In this document: positions 15,166 to 25,747 of the stretch, one piece after another | Layout of the letters: every line of letters begins with the position of its first letter | Numbering within the stretch: the first letter of the stretch is position 1 | Origin: Bacteroidia bacterium | Lineage (GTDB): Bacteria > Bacteroidota > Bacteroidia > NS11-12g > UBA9320 | Length of the DNA stretch: 64,000 nt | Direction: 5' to 3' | Assembly: GCA_965216465.1 (NCBI GenBank) | Contig: CBDCFW010000006.1 | Span: forward strand, 960,001 to 1,024,000 | Translations under genes and position numbers: made by a program | Notes under the pieces: generated by a model | Seen by the model: only the letters and a program-made list of their open reading frames with translations | What the model was told of the DNA's origin: nothing | Databases searched by the model: none

Positions 15166-16970
15166 TCTACATTACAACCACGCATAACTGCAATGTAGTA
15201 CGAAAGAAGCTGAAGAGGAATAGTAGCCAAGATCGGGGTTAGGCAATCTTCTGTATCTGGAATTTCAATAACGTGATCTGCAACTTCTCGAACCTTAACG
15301 TCTCCTTCAGTAACAATTGCTATTATTTTACCTTTTCTTGCTTTAACCTCTTGAATATTGCTTAATACTTTCTCGTAGTAATTACGCTTAGTTGCAATAA
15401 CAACTACGGGCATTTCCTCATCAATTAATGCAATTGGGCCATGTTTCATTTCAGCAGCAGGATATCCTTCCGCGTGGATGTATGATATTTCCTTAAGTTT
15501 TAAGGCACCCTCAAGAGCAACAGGGAAATTATATCCTCTACCTAAGTAAAGGCAATTTGGAGCATCCATGTAGATGGAAGCAATCTCTTTACATTTATCG
15601 TGGCAGGACTCCAGTAATTCTTGAACTTTGGTTGGAATTGTATCAAGCTCAGCGAACATCTGACGTAGCCTATCTCGCGTTATTTTACCTCTAATGTCTG
15701 CAATACCCAATGCAAGTAGTGTAAGCACGGTTACTTGAGCGGTAAATGCTTTGGTTGAAGCTACACCAATTTCAGGTCCAGCATGAGTATAAGCTCCTGC
15801 ATGAGTAATTCTAGGAATGCTTGACCCCACAACATTGCAGATTCCGTATATGGTTGCTCCTTTTTCCTTAGCCATTTCAAGTGCTGCCAAGGTATCAGCA
15901 GTTTCACCACTTTGAGAGATTGCAATTACCAAGTCGTCTTCAGTAATAATTGGATTTCTATATCTGAATTCGGAAGCGTATTCTACTTCAACCGGAATTC
16001 TGCCAAACTCTTCAATGAGATATTCGCCAACAAGCCCAGCATGCCATGATGTGCCACAAGCTACAATGATGATACGGTCGAGGTTTCGAATTTTTGGAGC
16101 AAATTCTTCCAAACTTCTCATAGCAAATGTGAGACTGTTAGGATCAAATCTACCTCTCATAGAATCATATATAGACTTTGGTTGTTCAAAGATTTCTTTA
16201 AGCATGAAATGTTCGTACCCGCCTTTTTCCAGAGCATCTAAGCTGATTTCAAGTTCTTGTATAAAAGGAGATTTTGCAACATTGTCAATAGTCTTTAGTG
16301 TCATCTCACCATCGTGAATAGCCACAATTTCGTTATCGTCTAAGTAGGTTACCTTTTTAGTGTATTCAACTATAGGAGTTGCATCGCTAGCTAAAAAGAA
16401 TTCTCCTTCACGGTCGCTGATTCCAACTACCAAAGGACTTCCTTTTCGAGCAGCAATAAGCGTGTTAGGATCATTCTTGCTTAAGATAACAATGGCATAA
16501 GCACCAACTACTTCATTGAGGGCTAAACGAACTGCTTCTAACAAGTCAACACCTTCTTGTTCTTTTATTTCTTCAATTAAATGAGTAAGAACTTCAGTGT
16601 CAGTGTCACTTACAAACTCATGACCTCTATCAAGCAGTACTTTTTTAAGCGTATCGTAGTTCTCAATTATACCATTGTGAATAAGTGCAATGTCGCCACT
16701 CTGAGATAAATGAGGATGAGCATTAATGGTGTTAGGCTCACCATGAGTAGCCCAACGCGTGTGACCTATTCCTCGAGTTCCTTCAACATTTTTACCGGTA
16801 GTATTTTCTACAAGTTCAGAAACTTTTCCTTTGTTTTTATATACTCGAAGTGCTCCATTTAAAATGGCAATACCAGCACTGTCGTATCCACGATATTCTA
16901 ATCTTTGAAGACCCTTTACCAAAAAGTCATAGGCTTGGTCTGGTCCGTAGTAAGCAACGATTCCGCACAT
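15126..16970 (-). CDS. glmS: Glutamine--fructose-6-phosphate aminotransferase
   Basis: MCGIV N-terminus, GHTRWATHG, C-terminal PRNLAKSVTVE. Confidence 0.98.
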   Translation of the reverse strand: MCGIVAYYGPDQAYDFLVKGLQRLEYRGYDSAGIAILNGALRVYKNKGKVSELVENTTGKNVEGTRGIGHTRWATHGEPNTINAHPHLSQSGDIALIHNGIIENYDTLKKVLLDRGHEFVSDTDTEVLTHLIEEIKEQEGVDLLEAVRLALNEVVGAYAIVILSKNDPNTLIAARKGSPLVVGISDREGEFFLASDATPIVEYTKKVTYLDDNEIVAIHDGEMTLKTIDNVAKSPFIQELEISLDALEKGGYEHFMLKEIFEQPKSIYDSMRGRFDPNSLTFAMRSLEEFAPKIRNLDRIIIVACGTSWHAGLVGEYLIEEFGRIPVEVEYASEFRYRNPIITEDDLVIAISQSGETADTLAALEMAKEKGATIYGICNVVGSSIPRITHAGAYTHAGPEIGVASTKAFTAQVTVLTLLALGIADIRGKITRDRLRQMFAELDTIPTKVQELLESCHDKCKEIASIYMDAPNCLYLGRGYNFPVALEGALKLKEISYIHAEGYPAAEMKHGPIALIDEEMPVVVIATKRNYYEKVLSNIQEVKARKGKIIAIVTEGDVKVREVADHVIEIPDTEDCLTPILATIPLQLLSYYIAVMRGCNVDQPRNLAKSVTVE

Positions 16971-17066
16971 AGTTTAATAATTCTAGCAAATTTATTGATA
17001 ATAACGTGACGCTATTTCACATTATGATACAAGTGTAGTAAATAGTAGTTTATTTCGATGAACGGA

Positions 17067-18326
17067 CTAGAGTCCAAAGGCTTTTTTGATGTCGTTTACA
17101 CCATTCAGCTCTTCCCAAGGGAATAATTTTACCTTAACTTTTTTAGTCTTTCCCGAGCCATCTGTAAACTCTTTTTCTACTTCCTCAGTTTCTCTACCCA
17201 TGTGTCCGTAAGCAGCAGTTTCTGAGTAGATTGGAGTTCTTAACTTAAAGCGTTTTTCAATGAAGTAAGGACGCATATCGAATCGACTGATTTTAGAAAG
17301 TTTAGCCGCAATCTGTCCATCTGAAAGATCAACTTTTGATGTCCCGTATGTGTTCACATATAAACCAACTGGTTTTGCTACACCAATAGCATAAGCAACT
17401 TGAACAAGAGCTTCATCACATACTCCAGCCGCTACTAAGTTTTTAGCGATATGACGAGTAGCATATGCAGCACTTCGGTCAACTTTGCTCGGATCTTTTC
17501 CTGAGAATGCACCACCACCGTGGGCACCTTTACCTCCATAAGTATCTACGATAATCTTTCTGCCAGTAAGTCCAGTATCTCCATGTGGTCCACCAATTAC
17601 AAACACCCCTGTAGGGTTAATGTGGTATTTTATCTTATCGGTAAATAACTTCTGAATTGATTTAGGAAGCCTACGTTTAACACGAGGAATAAGGATTGAC
17701 ACCATGTCTTCCTTAATCTTCTTTAGCATTTTCGACTCTTTATCAAAGTCGTCATGTTGTGTCGATATTACAATGGCATCAATAGCAACTGGCTTGTTCT
17801 CATCATCGTACTTAATTGTAACTTGAGATTTTGAATCTGGTCGCAAGTACTTGATTTTTTTGTTTTCTCTGCGTAAAGCAGCCAACTCCTTAAGAATTAA
17901 GTGAGACAATTCCAAGGCAAGTGGCATGTACGAAGTGGTTTCGTTTGTAGCGTAACCAAACATCATACCCTGGTCTCCTGCTCCTTGGTCTTCTTTTTTC
18001 TTTCGTTCTACCCCTTGGTTTATGTCTGGAGATTGCTCGTGGATTGCAGAAAGTACTCCGCATGAGTTTCCATCGAACATGTACTCACCCTTGGTATAAC
18101 CAATTTTGTTGATTGTTTCTCTAGCTATCTTTTGTACGTCGAGATAGGTTTTTGATTTTACTTCTCCTGCAAGAACAACTTGACCTGTGGTTACCAGCGT
18201 TTCGCAAGCAACCTTACTATCTTTATCAAACGCCAAAAAATGATCAATTAGAGCATCTGAGATTTGATCTGCTACCTTGTCTGGATGTCCTTCAGAAACG
18301 GACTCTGATGTAAAAAAATATGCCAT
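17067..18326 (-). CDS. metK: S-adenosylmethionine synthetase
   Basis: [28 protein letters not shown]. Confidence 0.98.
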   Translation of the reverse strand: MAYFFTSESVSEGHPDKVADQISDALIDHFLAFDKDSKVACETLVTTGQVVLAGEVKSKTYLDVQKIARETINKIGYTKGEYMFDGNSCGVLSAIHEQSPDINQGVERKKKEDQGAGDQGMMFGYATNETTSYMPLALELSHLILKELAALRRENKKIKYLRPDSKSQVTIKYDDENKPVAIDAIVISTQHDDFDKESKMLKKIKEDMVSILIPRVKRRLPKSIQKLFTDKIKYHINPTGVFVIGGPHGDTGLTGRKIIVDTYGGKGAHGGGAFSGKDPSKVDRSAAYATRHIAKNLVAAGVCDEALVQVAYAIGVAKPVGLYVNTYGTSKVDLSDGQIAAKLSKISRFDMRPYFIEKRFKLRTPIYSETAAYGHMGRETEEVEKEFTDGSGKTKKVKVKLFPWEELNGVNDIKKAFGL

Positions 18327-18406
18327 AGTATTTTAAAGCTGCAAATGTAATTATCTTGATTACATTGAGCAAAAAACAGTTTGCAGTGTCAATTAGCTCA
18401 GTTCTA

Positions 18407-19099
18407 TTACTTGATGTGCATTATAAAGCCCTCACCTCTAATGTTTTGAATGGAAATTTGCGAAGTATTTTCGAACCGCTTTCTAAGTTTGTTGATATAC
18501 ACGTCTAAGCTTCGCGAGGTAAAATAGTTTATATCATTCCAAACAGCCGATAAAATTACATCGCGATGAAGAAGCTTGTTTTGATACTCTAGAAGTTTAA
18601 TGAGTACGCTTGTTTCTTTTGGTGACAATACTTCAGATTCTCCATTTGGGTAGTTCAATTGGCGTATGTTAGGCTGCAAAGAGAATTGGTTAAAGTCATA
18701 TTTTTCGAGCGTTTTGCTCTGAGAATCACTATGTGCTCCTACAATAGCCTCGATTTTCAGTAATAAAATTTCTGGATCGAATGGTTTCGTGAGGTAGTCT
18801 ATCGCTCCCAATTGATAACCTTTTATGATATCCTCTTTGAGTGATTTGGCGGTGAGAAAAATAAAGGGCATGCTTAAATGAAGGTCTCCAATTTTAGAGG
18901 CGAGTGTAAATCCGTCCATATCGGGCATCATAACATCAAGAATACATAATGAATAGCTGTTTTTTCTTAAAAGGTTGTACCCAAGTTCGCCAGTTTGGGC
19001 CCATTCAACATCGTACTTGTTCATTTTAAGATAGTCTCTTAGCACCAAACCAAAGTTTGCATCATCTTCGACAAGTAATATGCTTATTGGTTTTTTCAT
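18407..19099 (-). CDS. OmpR/PhoB-family response regulator
   Basis: LLVEDD, LDVMMP, KPF, winged-helix RSLDVYINKLRK and RGEGF. Confidence 0.93.
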   Translation of the reverse strand: MKKPISILLVEDDANFGLVLRDYLKMNKYDVEWAQTGELGYNLLRKNSYSLCILDVMMPDMDGFTLASKIGDLHLSMPFIFLTAKSLKEDIIKGYQLGAIDYLTKPFDPEILLLKIEAIVGAHSDSQSKTLEKYDFNQFSLQPNIRQLNYPNGESEVLSPKETSVLIKLLEYQNKLLHRDVILSAVWNDINYFTSRSLDVYINKLRKRFENTSQISIQNIRGEGFIMHIK

Positions 19100-20583
19100 T
19101 TGGGTAGGTTGATCTTAAAAGTTGTTCCCTGATTTTGTTTGCTTGTGACATCAATTACTCCGCCGTGAGCTTCAACAATAAGCTTTACATAACTTAGGCC
19201 TACACCAGTTCCTTTTACAGAGTAAATGTTGTCTTTTTGTACGCGATAAAATTTGTCAAATATTTTGGAAAGGTCTTCTTTAGCAATGCCTTGACCGTTG
19301 TCTTTAATCATAAACTCAGTATCGCTTTCGTTTTGAGATACCTCAATCGAAATTTCAGGATCATTTTGCGAGTATTTAATCGCGTTATCGATCAAATTCA
19401 ACACAACATTTCTAAAATGCATTGCATCAATATGAACTAGAGCCGGGCCATTTGTATTTAAATTCAGTCGAACATTTTTGGCGTCTAATTTAGGTTTTAG
19501 TGATTCAACCAATTCTTTGCAAAAGTCTGTAAGATCAATAGGCTTTTTATTTAAAACAAATGAAGTGTTGTCGAGCTGAGCCAATTGAAGAATGTTTTCA
19601 ATGTAGCTCAACATACGTGTATTTTCTTCATTTATGATCTTCAAATAAGGACCTGAATCTTCAGGCGATGATCTTATATTCTCAACAGATAGAGCAATGG
19701 TTGCCAACGGTGTTTTGAGCTCATGAGACATGCTATTGATGAAATCATCGCGAGCTTCAGAAACCTTCTTTTGTTTTCGATATAACCCAAAGATGTAATA
19801 GAATAGGAGAGAAGCAGTAATTAGAAATACAATAGACAATATGAGCGGCAACAGAATTTTAGCAAGGATGGAAAGTCGTCGTTGAGGAATAGTAACCTGT
19901 AAACTGCCTGAGTTGGCATAAATATTATTCAAGAATAACGGTTTGGTATATACCTTTTGTGCGGCGTTGTAGTTCTCTGTTTTACGGAGAATGGAGTCAT
20001 TTCCTTGAGTAATGGCAAACTCAAAAGTGTCTGTTATGCCAAGTTTGTCTAATTGCTTACGAATGCTAGTTCCAAAATCAAACGAGTCTAAAAAGTCAGT
20101 GTTCAGTTCAAGTTCTTGATTTTTAATAATGTTTTGTACGTACTCAGTTACCCATTCTTTGTTTTGAATCGAATCGATAATGAAGGAATGATGGTCAGAT
20201 GAATCATCCGTTTCTATTATGATTTTTTGTTCGTATACCGTGTTGATTTCCCGGTGGTCATGAATGTTAATGTTGCTTTTCACCTTGCGGTTGATGTCAA
20301 GTGTAAACACGTGCAAAGAGTCTTTGAGGCTCGATTCTATATCTTCGGCAACTAGGTTTTTCTTTTTGCTAGCAAGTAACTCTTGAGATACTTGGTGTAA
20401 GGCAATTTGAATGTTCTTGTCGTAATTGATTTCAGATTGAATAAAAGCATTCCTCAGCATGTGAGTTTGTAGCCTAACAAGACCACCTAAGCATACAATA
20501 ATTGCACCAATTAATATGTAACTTCGACGTTTCAACAGTTTCAAAAGTAGTTTGCAACATTTATAAAATTGAAACTTTAACAC
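19096..20583 (-). CDS. Sensor histidine kinase (start uncertain, probably a few codons downstream)
   Basis: Two TM segments, SHELKTPL H-box, NLIDNAIKYS, DNGQGI, GTGVGL. Confidence 0.92.
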   Translation of the reverse strand: MLKFQFYKCCKLLLKLLKRRSYILIGAIIVCLGGLVRLQTHMLRNAFIQSEINYDKNIQIALHQVSQELLASKKKNLVAEDIESSLKDSLHVFTLDINRKVKSNINIHDHREINTVYEQKIIIETDDSSDHHSFIIDSIQNKEWVTEYVQNIIKNQELELNTDFLDSFDFGTSIRKQLDKLGITDTFEFAITQGNDSILRKTENYNAAQKVYTKPLFLNNIYANSGSLQVTIPQRRLSILAKILLPLILSIVFLITASLLFYYIFGLYRKQKKVSEARDDFINSMSHELKTPLATIALSVENIRSSPEDSGPYLKIINEENTRMLSYIENILQLAQLDNTSFVLNKKPIDLTDFCKELVESLKPKLDAKNVRLNLNTNGPALVHIDAMHFRNVVLNLIDNAIKYSQNDPEISIEVSQNESDTEFMIKDNGQGIAKEDLSKIFDKFYRVQKDNIYSVKGTGVGLSYVKLIVEAHGGVIDVTSKQNQGTTFKINLPK

Positions 20584-20614
20584 TTCGTTAACATACTTTA
20601 TAACTTCGTTGACA
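20577..20614. promoter_or_regulatory. Tandem direct repeats, probable response-regulator binding site
   Basis: ttaaca (20577), ttaaca (20588), ttataa (20598), ttgaca (20609): 10-11 bp period in the divergent intergenic region. Confidence 0.55.
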
Positions 20615-20664
20615 ATGTTGAGCTGAATGAATATGGAGCTTTGTTGTAATAAAAATCAATAATC

Positions 20665-21453
20665 ATGAAAAATTTAAAAGCAATACTTGTACTCTGGTGT
20701 CTATTAGGCATCATGATCGCTCAGGCTCAAACTGAAAAGGTTGAAAAATCTGAGTTTAGAATTAAACTCGTCGATGTAAAAGACGGCGAACGTGTCGAAA
20801 TAGATACTACTTTTTCAAGCGAAGAAGAAATGAAGGCATTCATGGAGTCGTTAGGAGTGAAGCACCATATGGGTGACATGGACATCGATGTAGATATCGA
20901 TTGGGAAAGTCGCCATAGCCAAGACTCTGCTAATGGTGAGCACAAAGTTTATAAGAAGCGAATTATGCATCACCACCACGACAATGTTGATATAGAAACT
21001 GTAAAAGGTGACGATATAGAAGAACTATTGAACCAACTTGATGCTGAAACGGCCGAAACCATCCGAAAGGAATTGGAGAAGAACGGAATTAACGAAGGAG
21101 AAGAAGAGATTAAAATGGTTTTTGTGGTTAAAAAGGTAAAGGTTGAAGAATTAACTGATGACGAGATTAGCCAAGCTAAAATTGAACCACAAAATAAGCT
21201 CGAAGTAAAGTCTTTTGATATTAGTCCTAATCCAGCTACTGACCATCTTACTATCAATATAAAGAGTGAGAGTGAAAAACCAGGGGTGCTCAGAATACTA
21301 AGTATGGAAGGAAAAGAACTTTATCAAACCGAGCTAAAAACATTGAATGCACAATATGAATTACCAATTAAGTCGCTTAAATCGGGCATGTACATTGTGC
21401 ATGTAAGCAGTGCAGATCAATCGATGTCAAAAAAGCTCATCATTCAGCAATAA
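20665..21453 (+). CDS. Secreted acidic/His-rich protein with T9SS type A C-terminal domain
   Basis: Signal peptide; ISPNPA...LKSGMYIV...KKLIIQ C-terminal signature. Confidence 0.85.
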   Translation: MKNLKAILVLWCLLGIMIAQAQTEKVEKSEFRIKLVDVKDGERVEIDTTFSSEEEMKAFMESLGVKHHMGDMDIDVDIDWESRHSQDSANGEHKVYKKRIMHHHHDNVDIETVKGDDIEELLNQLDAETAETIRKELEKNGINEGEEEIKMVFVVKKVKVEELTDDEISQAKIEPQNKLEVKSFDISPNPATDHLTINIKSESEKPGVLRILSMEGKELYQTELKTLNAQYELPIKSLKSGMYIVHVSSADQSMSKKLIIQQ

Positions 21454-21469
21454 TTGATCATCTGAATGT

Positions 21470-21494
21470 AAAAAAGGGCTTCGGCCCTTTTTTT
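21470..21494 (+). terminator. Intrinsic terminator
   Basis: aaaaaagggc-ttcg-gccc-ttttttt. Confidence 0.85.
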
Positions 21495-21562
21495 ATACTC
21501 TTTTAATCTACCAACCGTTTGTTAAAATAAGTTTTATTAGCTAACTTTGAGACCATACGTTT

Positions 21563-22150
21563 ATGGCAAAACCAAAAATAGATCGAAAAACACTGCTAAG
21601 GAACTCACTTTCAGTGTTTAAAGAAAAAGGTTACAATGGCACTTCAATGAATGACCTTGCTCAAGCAAATGGTCTGCTTAAGGGCAGTATCTATCATTAC
21701 ATTGAAGGCAAAGAAGCACTTATGCTTGAAGTACTCACCGCCCTTAAAGAACACTATATCAATAAAGTGTTTAGCAAAGCATATGACGAAATGCTAACAC
21801 CTTATGAAAGACTAAAAGAACTAGCTTCTCGAGCTGAGGAGATTTTTGTTTTTGAGGATGGGGGTGACTTTTTCGTAAACATCGGATTAGAAACAAAAAA
21901 GGTTGTTCCCGCATTTGGTGAAGTGATAGCAGAGTTTTTCGCTGAGTGGATTAAAACAATGAAGTACTTGTACGAATTTGTAGTTGATGAAGCCGAAGCC
22001 CAAGAAAAAGCAGAGGTGGTGGTTGCTGAAATTGAAGGTGCTGTTATCTTGATGCGCTTACTCGATGACGCAAACTACCTGCAACGAACAAATCAAAAAT
22101 TACTCAAGGAGTTCAAAACAATGTATCAGAAAAAGTTAGCAAGATTATGA
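21563..22150 (+). CDS. TetR/AcrR-family regulator heading the beta-oxidation operon
   Basis: F.EKGYNGTSMNDLA...GLLKGSIYHY...KE. Confidence 0.92.
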   Translation: MAKPKIDRKTLLRNSLSVFKEKGYNGTSMNDLAQANGLLKGSIYHYIEGKEALMLEVLTALKEHYINKVFSKAYDEMLTPYERLKELASRAEEIFVFEDGGDFFVNIGLETKKVVPAFGEVIAEFFAEWIKTMKYLYEFVVDEAEAQEKAEVVVAEIEGAVILMRLLDDANYLQRTNQKLLKEFKTMYQKKLARL

Positions 22151-24546
22151 GTAATAGCATAAGAAAAATAAAACACGTAACGGTCATAGGCTCTGGAATT
22201 ATGGGAAGCAGAATAGCTTGCCATTTTGCCAATATAGGTATGGATGTCTTGTTGCTTGATATCGTAACGCCAAACTTGTCAGACGACGATTTGAGCAAAC
22301 CCAATAAACGAAATGAATTGGTGAATGGAGCACTTAAGTCAGCATTAAAGTCAAATCCGAGTCCAATCTATTCTACGTCTTTTGTAACACGCATAAAAAC
22401 GGGAAATATCGAAGACGACCTTTCGAAGATTTCACGCAGCGATTGGATTGTCGAAGTTGTTGTTGAAAGGCTTGACATCAAGCAATCGCTGTTTGCCAAA
22501 ATTGAAGAATACAGAAAGCCAGGAAGTTTAATTACTACTAACACTTCAGGCATACCAATTGAGATGATGCTCGCTGGAAGAAGTGAAGATTTTAAAAAGC
22601 ATTTTTGTGGAACACACTTTTTCAATCCTCCCCGATACCTTAAACTGCTCGAGATTATTCCATCAAGTCAAACCAGTCAAGAGGTGGTTGACTTTTTAAT
22701 GCATTACGGAGAATTGTTCCTAGGAAAAACAACCGTAAAATGCAAAGACACTCCGGCGTTCATAGCAAATAGAATTGGAGTGTTCAGCATCATGGCCATT
22801 TTCAAAAAAATGGCCGAACATCAATTGACCATAGAAGATGTTGACCTGGTAACAGGGCCTGTATCTGGACGTCCAAAATCTGCAACTTTCCGAACCTGCG
22901 ACTTGGTAGGACTAGATACCTTGGTTAAGGTAGCTAAAGGGGTTGCACAAAATTGTCTAAAAGATGAAATGAAAGATTGGTATGAGATTCCAACCTTCCT
23001 AAATTCTATGCTTGAGAATAATTGGCTCGGCGACAAAACTGGTCAAGGGTTTTATAAAAAATCGAAAAACGCAGAGGGTAGCCGAGTAATCGAGGCACTC
23101 AACTTACAGGATCTTACTTATCATGAAAAGTCTAAACCCAGGTACGAAAGCATCGGAAAAGCTAAAAAAGCCAATCGCTTGAAGAGTAAGCTTGGAATTC
23201 TGTTTTCAGCTGATGACAAGCTTGGCCAGTTTTACCGCGATGTGACTACAGCAATTTTAGCCTATTCTGCCAATAGAATTCCTGAAATTGCTAATCACCT
23301 CTATCAAATTGATGATGCCCTCAGAGCAGGTTTCGGTTGGGATGTTGGTCCATTTGAAACTTGGGATTTGCTAGGTTTCGATACAGTTTATTCAACCATG
23401 AAAGCTGATGGTCACTCAATTCCACAGTGGGTAGAAGATTTCAAAGCAAAAGGGCACACCAGTTTCTATAAATCAGAACTGGGCAATCGGATGTTTTATA
23501 ACAGTGATTCGGGAGAGTTTGAAGTTGTTCCAGGAACTGAGTCATTTATACAGCTTGATAACTTAAGAAGCAACGACGCTGTTTATTCCAATAAAGAGGC
23601 AACACTTCACGATATCGGAGACGGTGTATTGTGCCTTGAGTTTCACTCGAAAATGAACGCTTTAGGAAGCGGCTCTTTAGCAGCAATCAACAAATCGATT
23701 GAAATTGCTGAGCAACAAGGATGGAAAGGACTGGTGATCGGAAATGATGCACCAAACTTTAGTGCAGGGGCAAATTTGGCTATGATGTTAATGCTCGCTA
23801 TTGAACAAGAATTTGACGAGCTGAACGTTGCCATAAACTACTTCCAAAAAACCGTTATGAGATTGAAGTATTCTTCTGTTCCTGTCGTGATTGCACCTCA
23901 CGGAATGACACTTGGAGGTGGATGTGAAATGACGCTCCATGCTGACAGTGCGGTTGCCGCAGCTGAAACATATATTGGCTTGGTTGAAGCAGGGGCAGGA
24001 CTTATTCCAGGAGGCGGAGGAACCAAAGAATTTGTTGTAAGAACAAGTGATAGTTTTTATACCGGAGACCCACAACTGCCCACACTGCAAGAAAGATTTA
24101 CAACAATAGCGACAGCCAAGGTGGCAACCTCAGCTTACGAAGCATTTGAAATTGGGGTTATGCATCACGATAAAGATGAAGTTGTTGTTAACGGAAACCG
24201 GGTTATAACTGAAGCAAAAAGAAAAGTGCTTGAACTGCATAACGATGGCTATGTTCAACTTCCTCAGCGTGATGATATACTCGTTCTTGGTAGAACAGCA
24301 TTAGGAACATTTTATGCTGGAATCGAGGCATTTGGTGTTAGCAATTATGCAAGTGAGCACGATCAAAAAATTGCTCGAAAACTAGCTTTTGTTATGGCTG
24401 GAGGAGATTTAACTCAACCAACTAAAGTCACTGAACAATACTTATTAAATTTAGAAAGAGAGGCGTTTCTTAGTTTACTCGGCGAACGAAAAACTTTAGA
24501 GCGAATTCAATACATATTAAAAACTGGTAAACCTTTGAGAAATTAA
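22147..24546 (+). CDS. 3-hydroxyacyl-CoA dehydrogenase / enoyl-CoA hydratase (FadN-type)
   Basis: GSGIMG Rossmann motif, HFFNPPRY, C-terminal crotonase fold (FSAGANL, GGGCE). Confidence 0.93.
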   Translation: MSNSIRKIKHVTVIGSGIMGSRIACHFANIGMDVLLLDIVTPNLSDDDLSKPNKRNELVNGALKSALKSNPSPIYSTSFVTRIKTGNIEDDLSKISRSDWIVEVVVERLDIKQSLFAKIEEYRKPGSLITTNTSGIPIEMMLAGRSEDFKKHFCGTHFFNPPRYLKLLEIIPSSQTSQEVVDFLMHYGELFLGKTTVKCKDTPAFIANRIGVFSIMAIFKKMAEHQLTIEDVDLVTGPVSGRPKSATFRTCDLVGLDTLVKVAKGVAQNCLKDEMKDWYEIPTFLNSMLENNWLGDKTGQGFYKKSKNAEGSRVIEALNLQDLTYHEKSKPRYESIGKAKKANRLKSKLGILFSADDKLGQFYRDVTTAILAYSANRIPEIANHLYQIDDALRAGFGWDVGPFETWDLLGFDTVYSTMKADGHSIPQWVEDFKAKGHTSFYKSELGNRMFYNSDSGEFEVVPGTESFIQLDNLRSNDAVYSNKEATLHDIGDGVLCLEFHSKMNALGSGSLAAINKSIEIAEQQGWKGLVIGNDAPNFSAGANLAMMLMLAIEQEFDELNVAINYFQKTVMRLKYSSVPVVIAPHGMTLGGGCEMTLHADSAVAAAETYIGLVEAGAGLIPGGGGTKEFVVRTSDSFYTGDPQLPTLQERFTTIATAKVATSAYEAFEIGVMHHDKDEVVVNGNRVITEAKRKVLELHNDGYVQLPQRDDILVLGRTALGTFYAGIEAFGVSNYASEHDQKIARKLAFVMAGGDLTQPTKVTEQYLLNLEREAFLSLLGERKTLERIQYILKTGKPLRN

Positions 24547-24547
24547 C

Positions 24548-25735
24548 ATGGAAGCATATTTAATAAATGGATATAGAACGGCCGTAGGAAAGGCTAATAG
24601 AGGAGGATTTAGATTTACATCGCCTGTTGATCTCGGTGCTGCAGTAATCGATTATCTGATCGAAAACACACCCGGTTTTGACCCAAGTGTTGTGGATGAT
24701 CTTATTGTAGGGAATGCAGTTCCCGAAGCGGAGCAAGGTTTACAAATGGCTCGCTGGGTAGGTATGCGAAGCAAGCTGCCAATGGATATTCCAGGTGTAA
24801 CGGTAAATCGATATTGCGGTAGTGGTGTAGAAACCATCACCATGGCTGTCGCAAAGATTAAAGCAGGTCTAGCAGATTGCATTATAGCAGGAGGAACTGA
24901 AAGTATGAGTTTGGTACCTACCGTAGGCTTTAAAACGGTGCCTAATTATGCCATAGCTAAAGATCACGGAGATTACTTTTTAGGCATGGGACTGACAGCT
25001 GAGGAGGTAGCTCTGAAATACAATGTTTCAAGAGAGGATCAAGACCAGTTTGCTTTAAACTCGCACCAGAAAGCAATTGCTGCAATCGAGGCGGGGAAGT
25101 TTAAATCTCAAATTGTACCGTTTGAAGTTGAACAAGTTGACTTCGATGCAAATACAAACAAAAGAGTGTCGTCTAAGTATACTGTAGATATTGACGAGGG
25201 ACCGAGAAGAGATACCAATTTAGAAGCTCTTGCAAAACTAAAACCTGCATTTAAGAATGGAGGAAGTGTTACTGCAGGTAACAGCTCTCAAACCAGCGAT
25301 GGGGCAAGCTTTGTGATTGTGATGAGCGAAAAATTGATGAATGAATTGGGCTTGACTCCCAAAGCGAGGTTAGTCAGTTCAGTTTCGGTTGGTGTTAATC
25401 CACGCTATATGGGAATCGGTCCTATGGAAGCCATTCCAAAAGCCTTGGATAGAGCCGGACTTAAACTTCAAGATATTGATCAAATTGAGTTAAACGAAGC
25501 GTTTGCTTCGCAAAGTTTGGCAGTTATTAGAGGGCTAGATATTGATCCAAGTTTAGTAAATGTAAACGGTGGAGCGATTAGTCTAGGGCATCCTTTAGGT
25601 TGTACTGGAGCGAAACTCACAGTACAAATTTTGGAAGAAATGAGACTTCGAAACCAGAAGTATGGTATGGTTACAGCATGCATTGGTGGGGGCCAAGGCA
25701 TTGCAGCGATATATGAAAATTTAGTTAACAGTTAA
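24548..25735 (+). CDS. fadA: Acetyl-CoA C-acyltransferase (thiolase)
   Basis: [28 protein letters not shown]. Confidence 0.93.
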   Translation: MEAYLINGYRTAVGKANRGGFRFTSPVDLGAAVIDYLIENTPGFDPSVVDDLIVGNAVPEAEQGLQMARWVGMRSKLPMDIPGVTVNRYCGSGVETITMAVAKIKAGLADCIIAGGTESMSLVPTVGFKTVPNYAIAKDHGDYFLGMGLTAEEVALKYNVSREDQDQFALNSHQKAIAAIEAGKFKSQIVPFEVEQVDFDANTNKRVSSKYTVDIDEGPRRDTNLEALAKLKPAFKNGGSVTAGNSSQTSDGASFVIVMSEKLMNELGLTPKARLVSSVSVGVNPRYMGIGPMEAIPKALDRAGLKLQDIDQIELNEAFASQSLAVIRGLDIDPSLVNVNGGAISLGHPLGCTGAKLTVQILEEMRLRNQKYGMVTACIGGGQGIAAIYENLVNS

Positions 25736-25747
25736 AAGAAAGAAAAG

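Noticed and set aside
21510-21565. TetR operator (accaaccgtttgtt / accatacgtttatg)
   Set aside because: Plausible autoregulatory sites but too degenerate to support from sequence alone.
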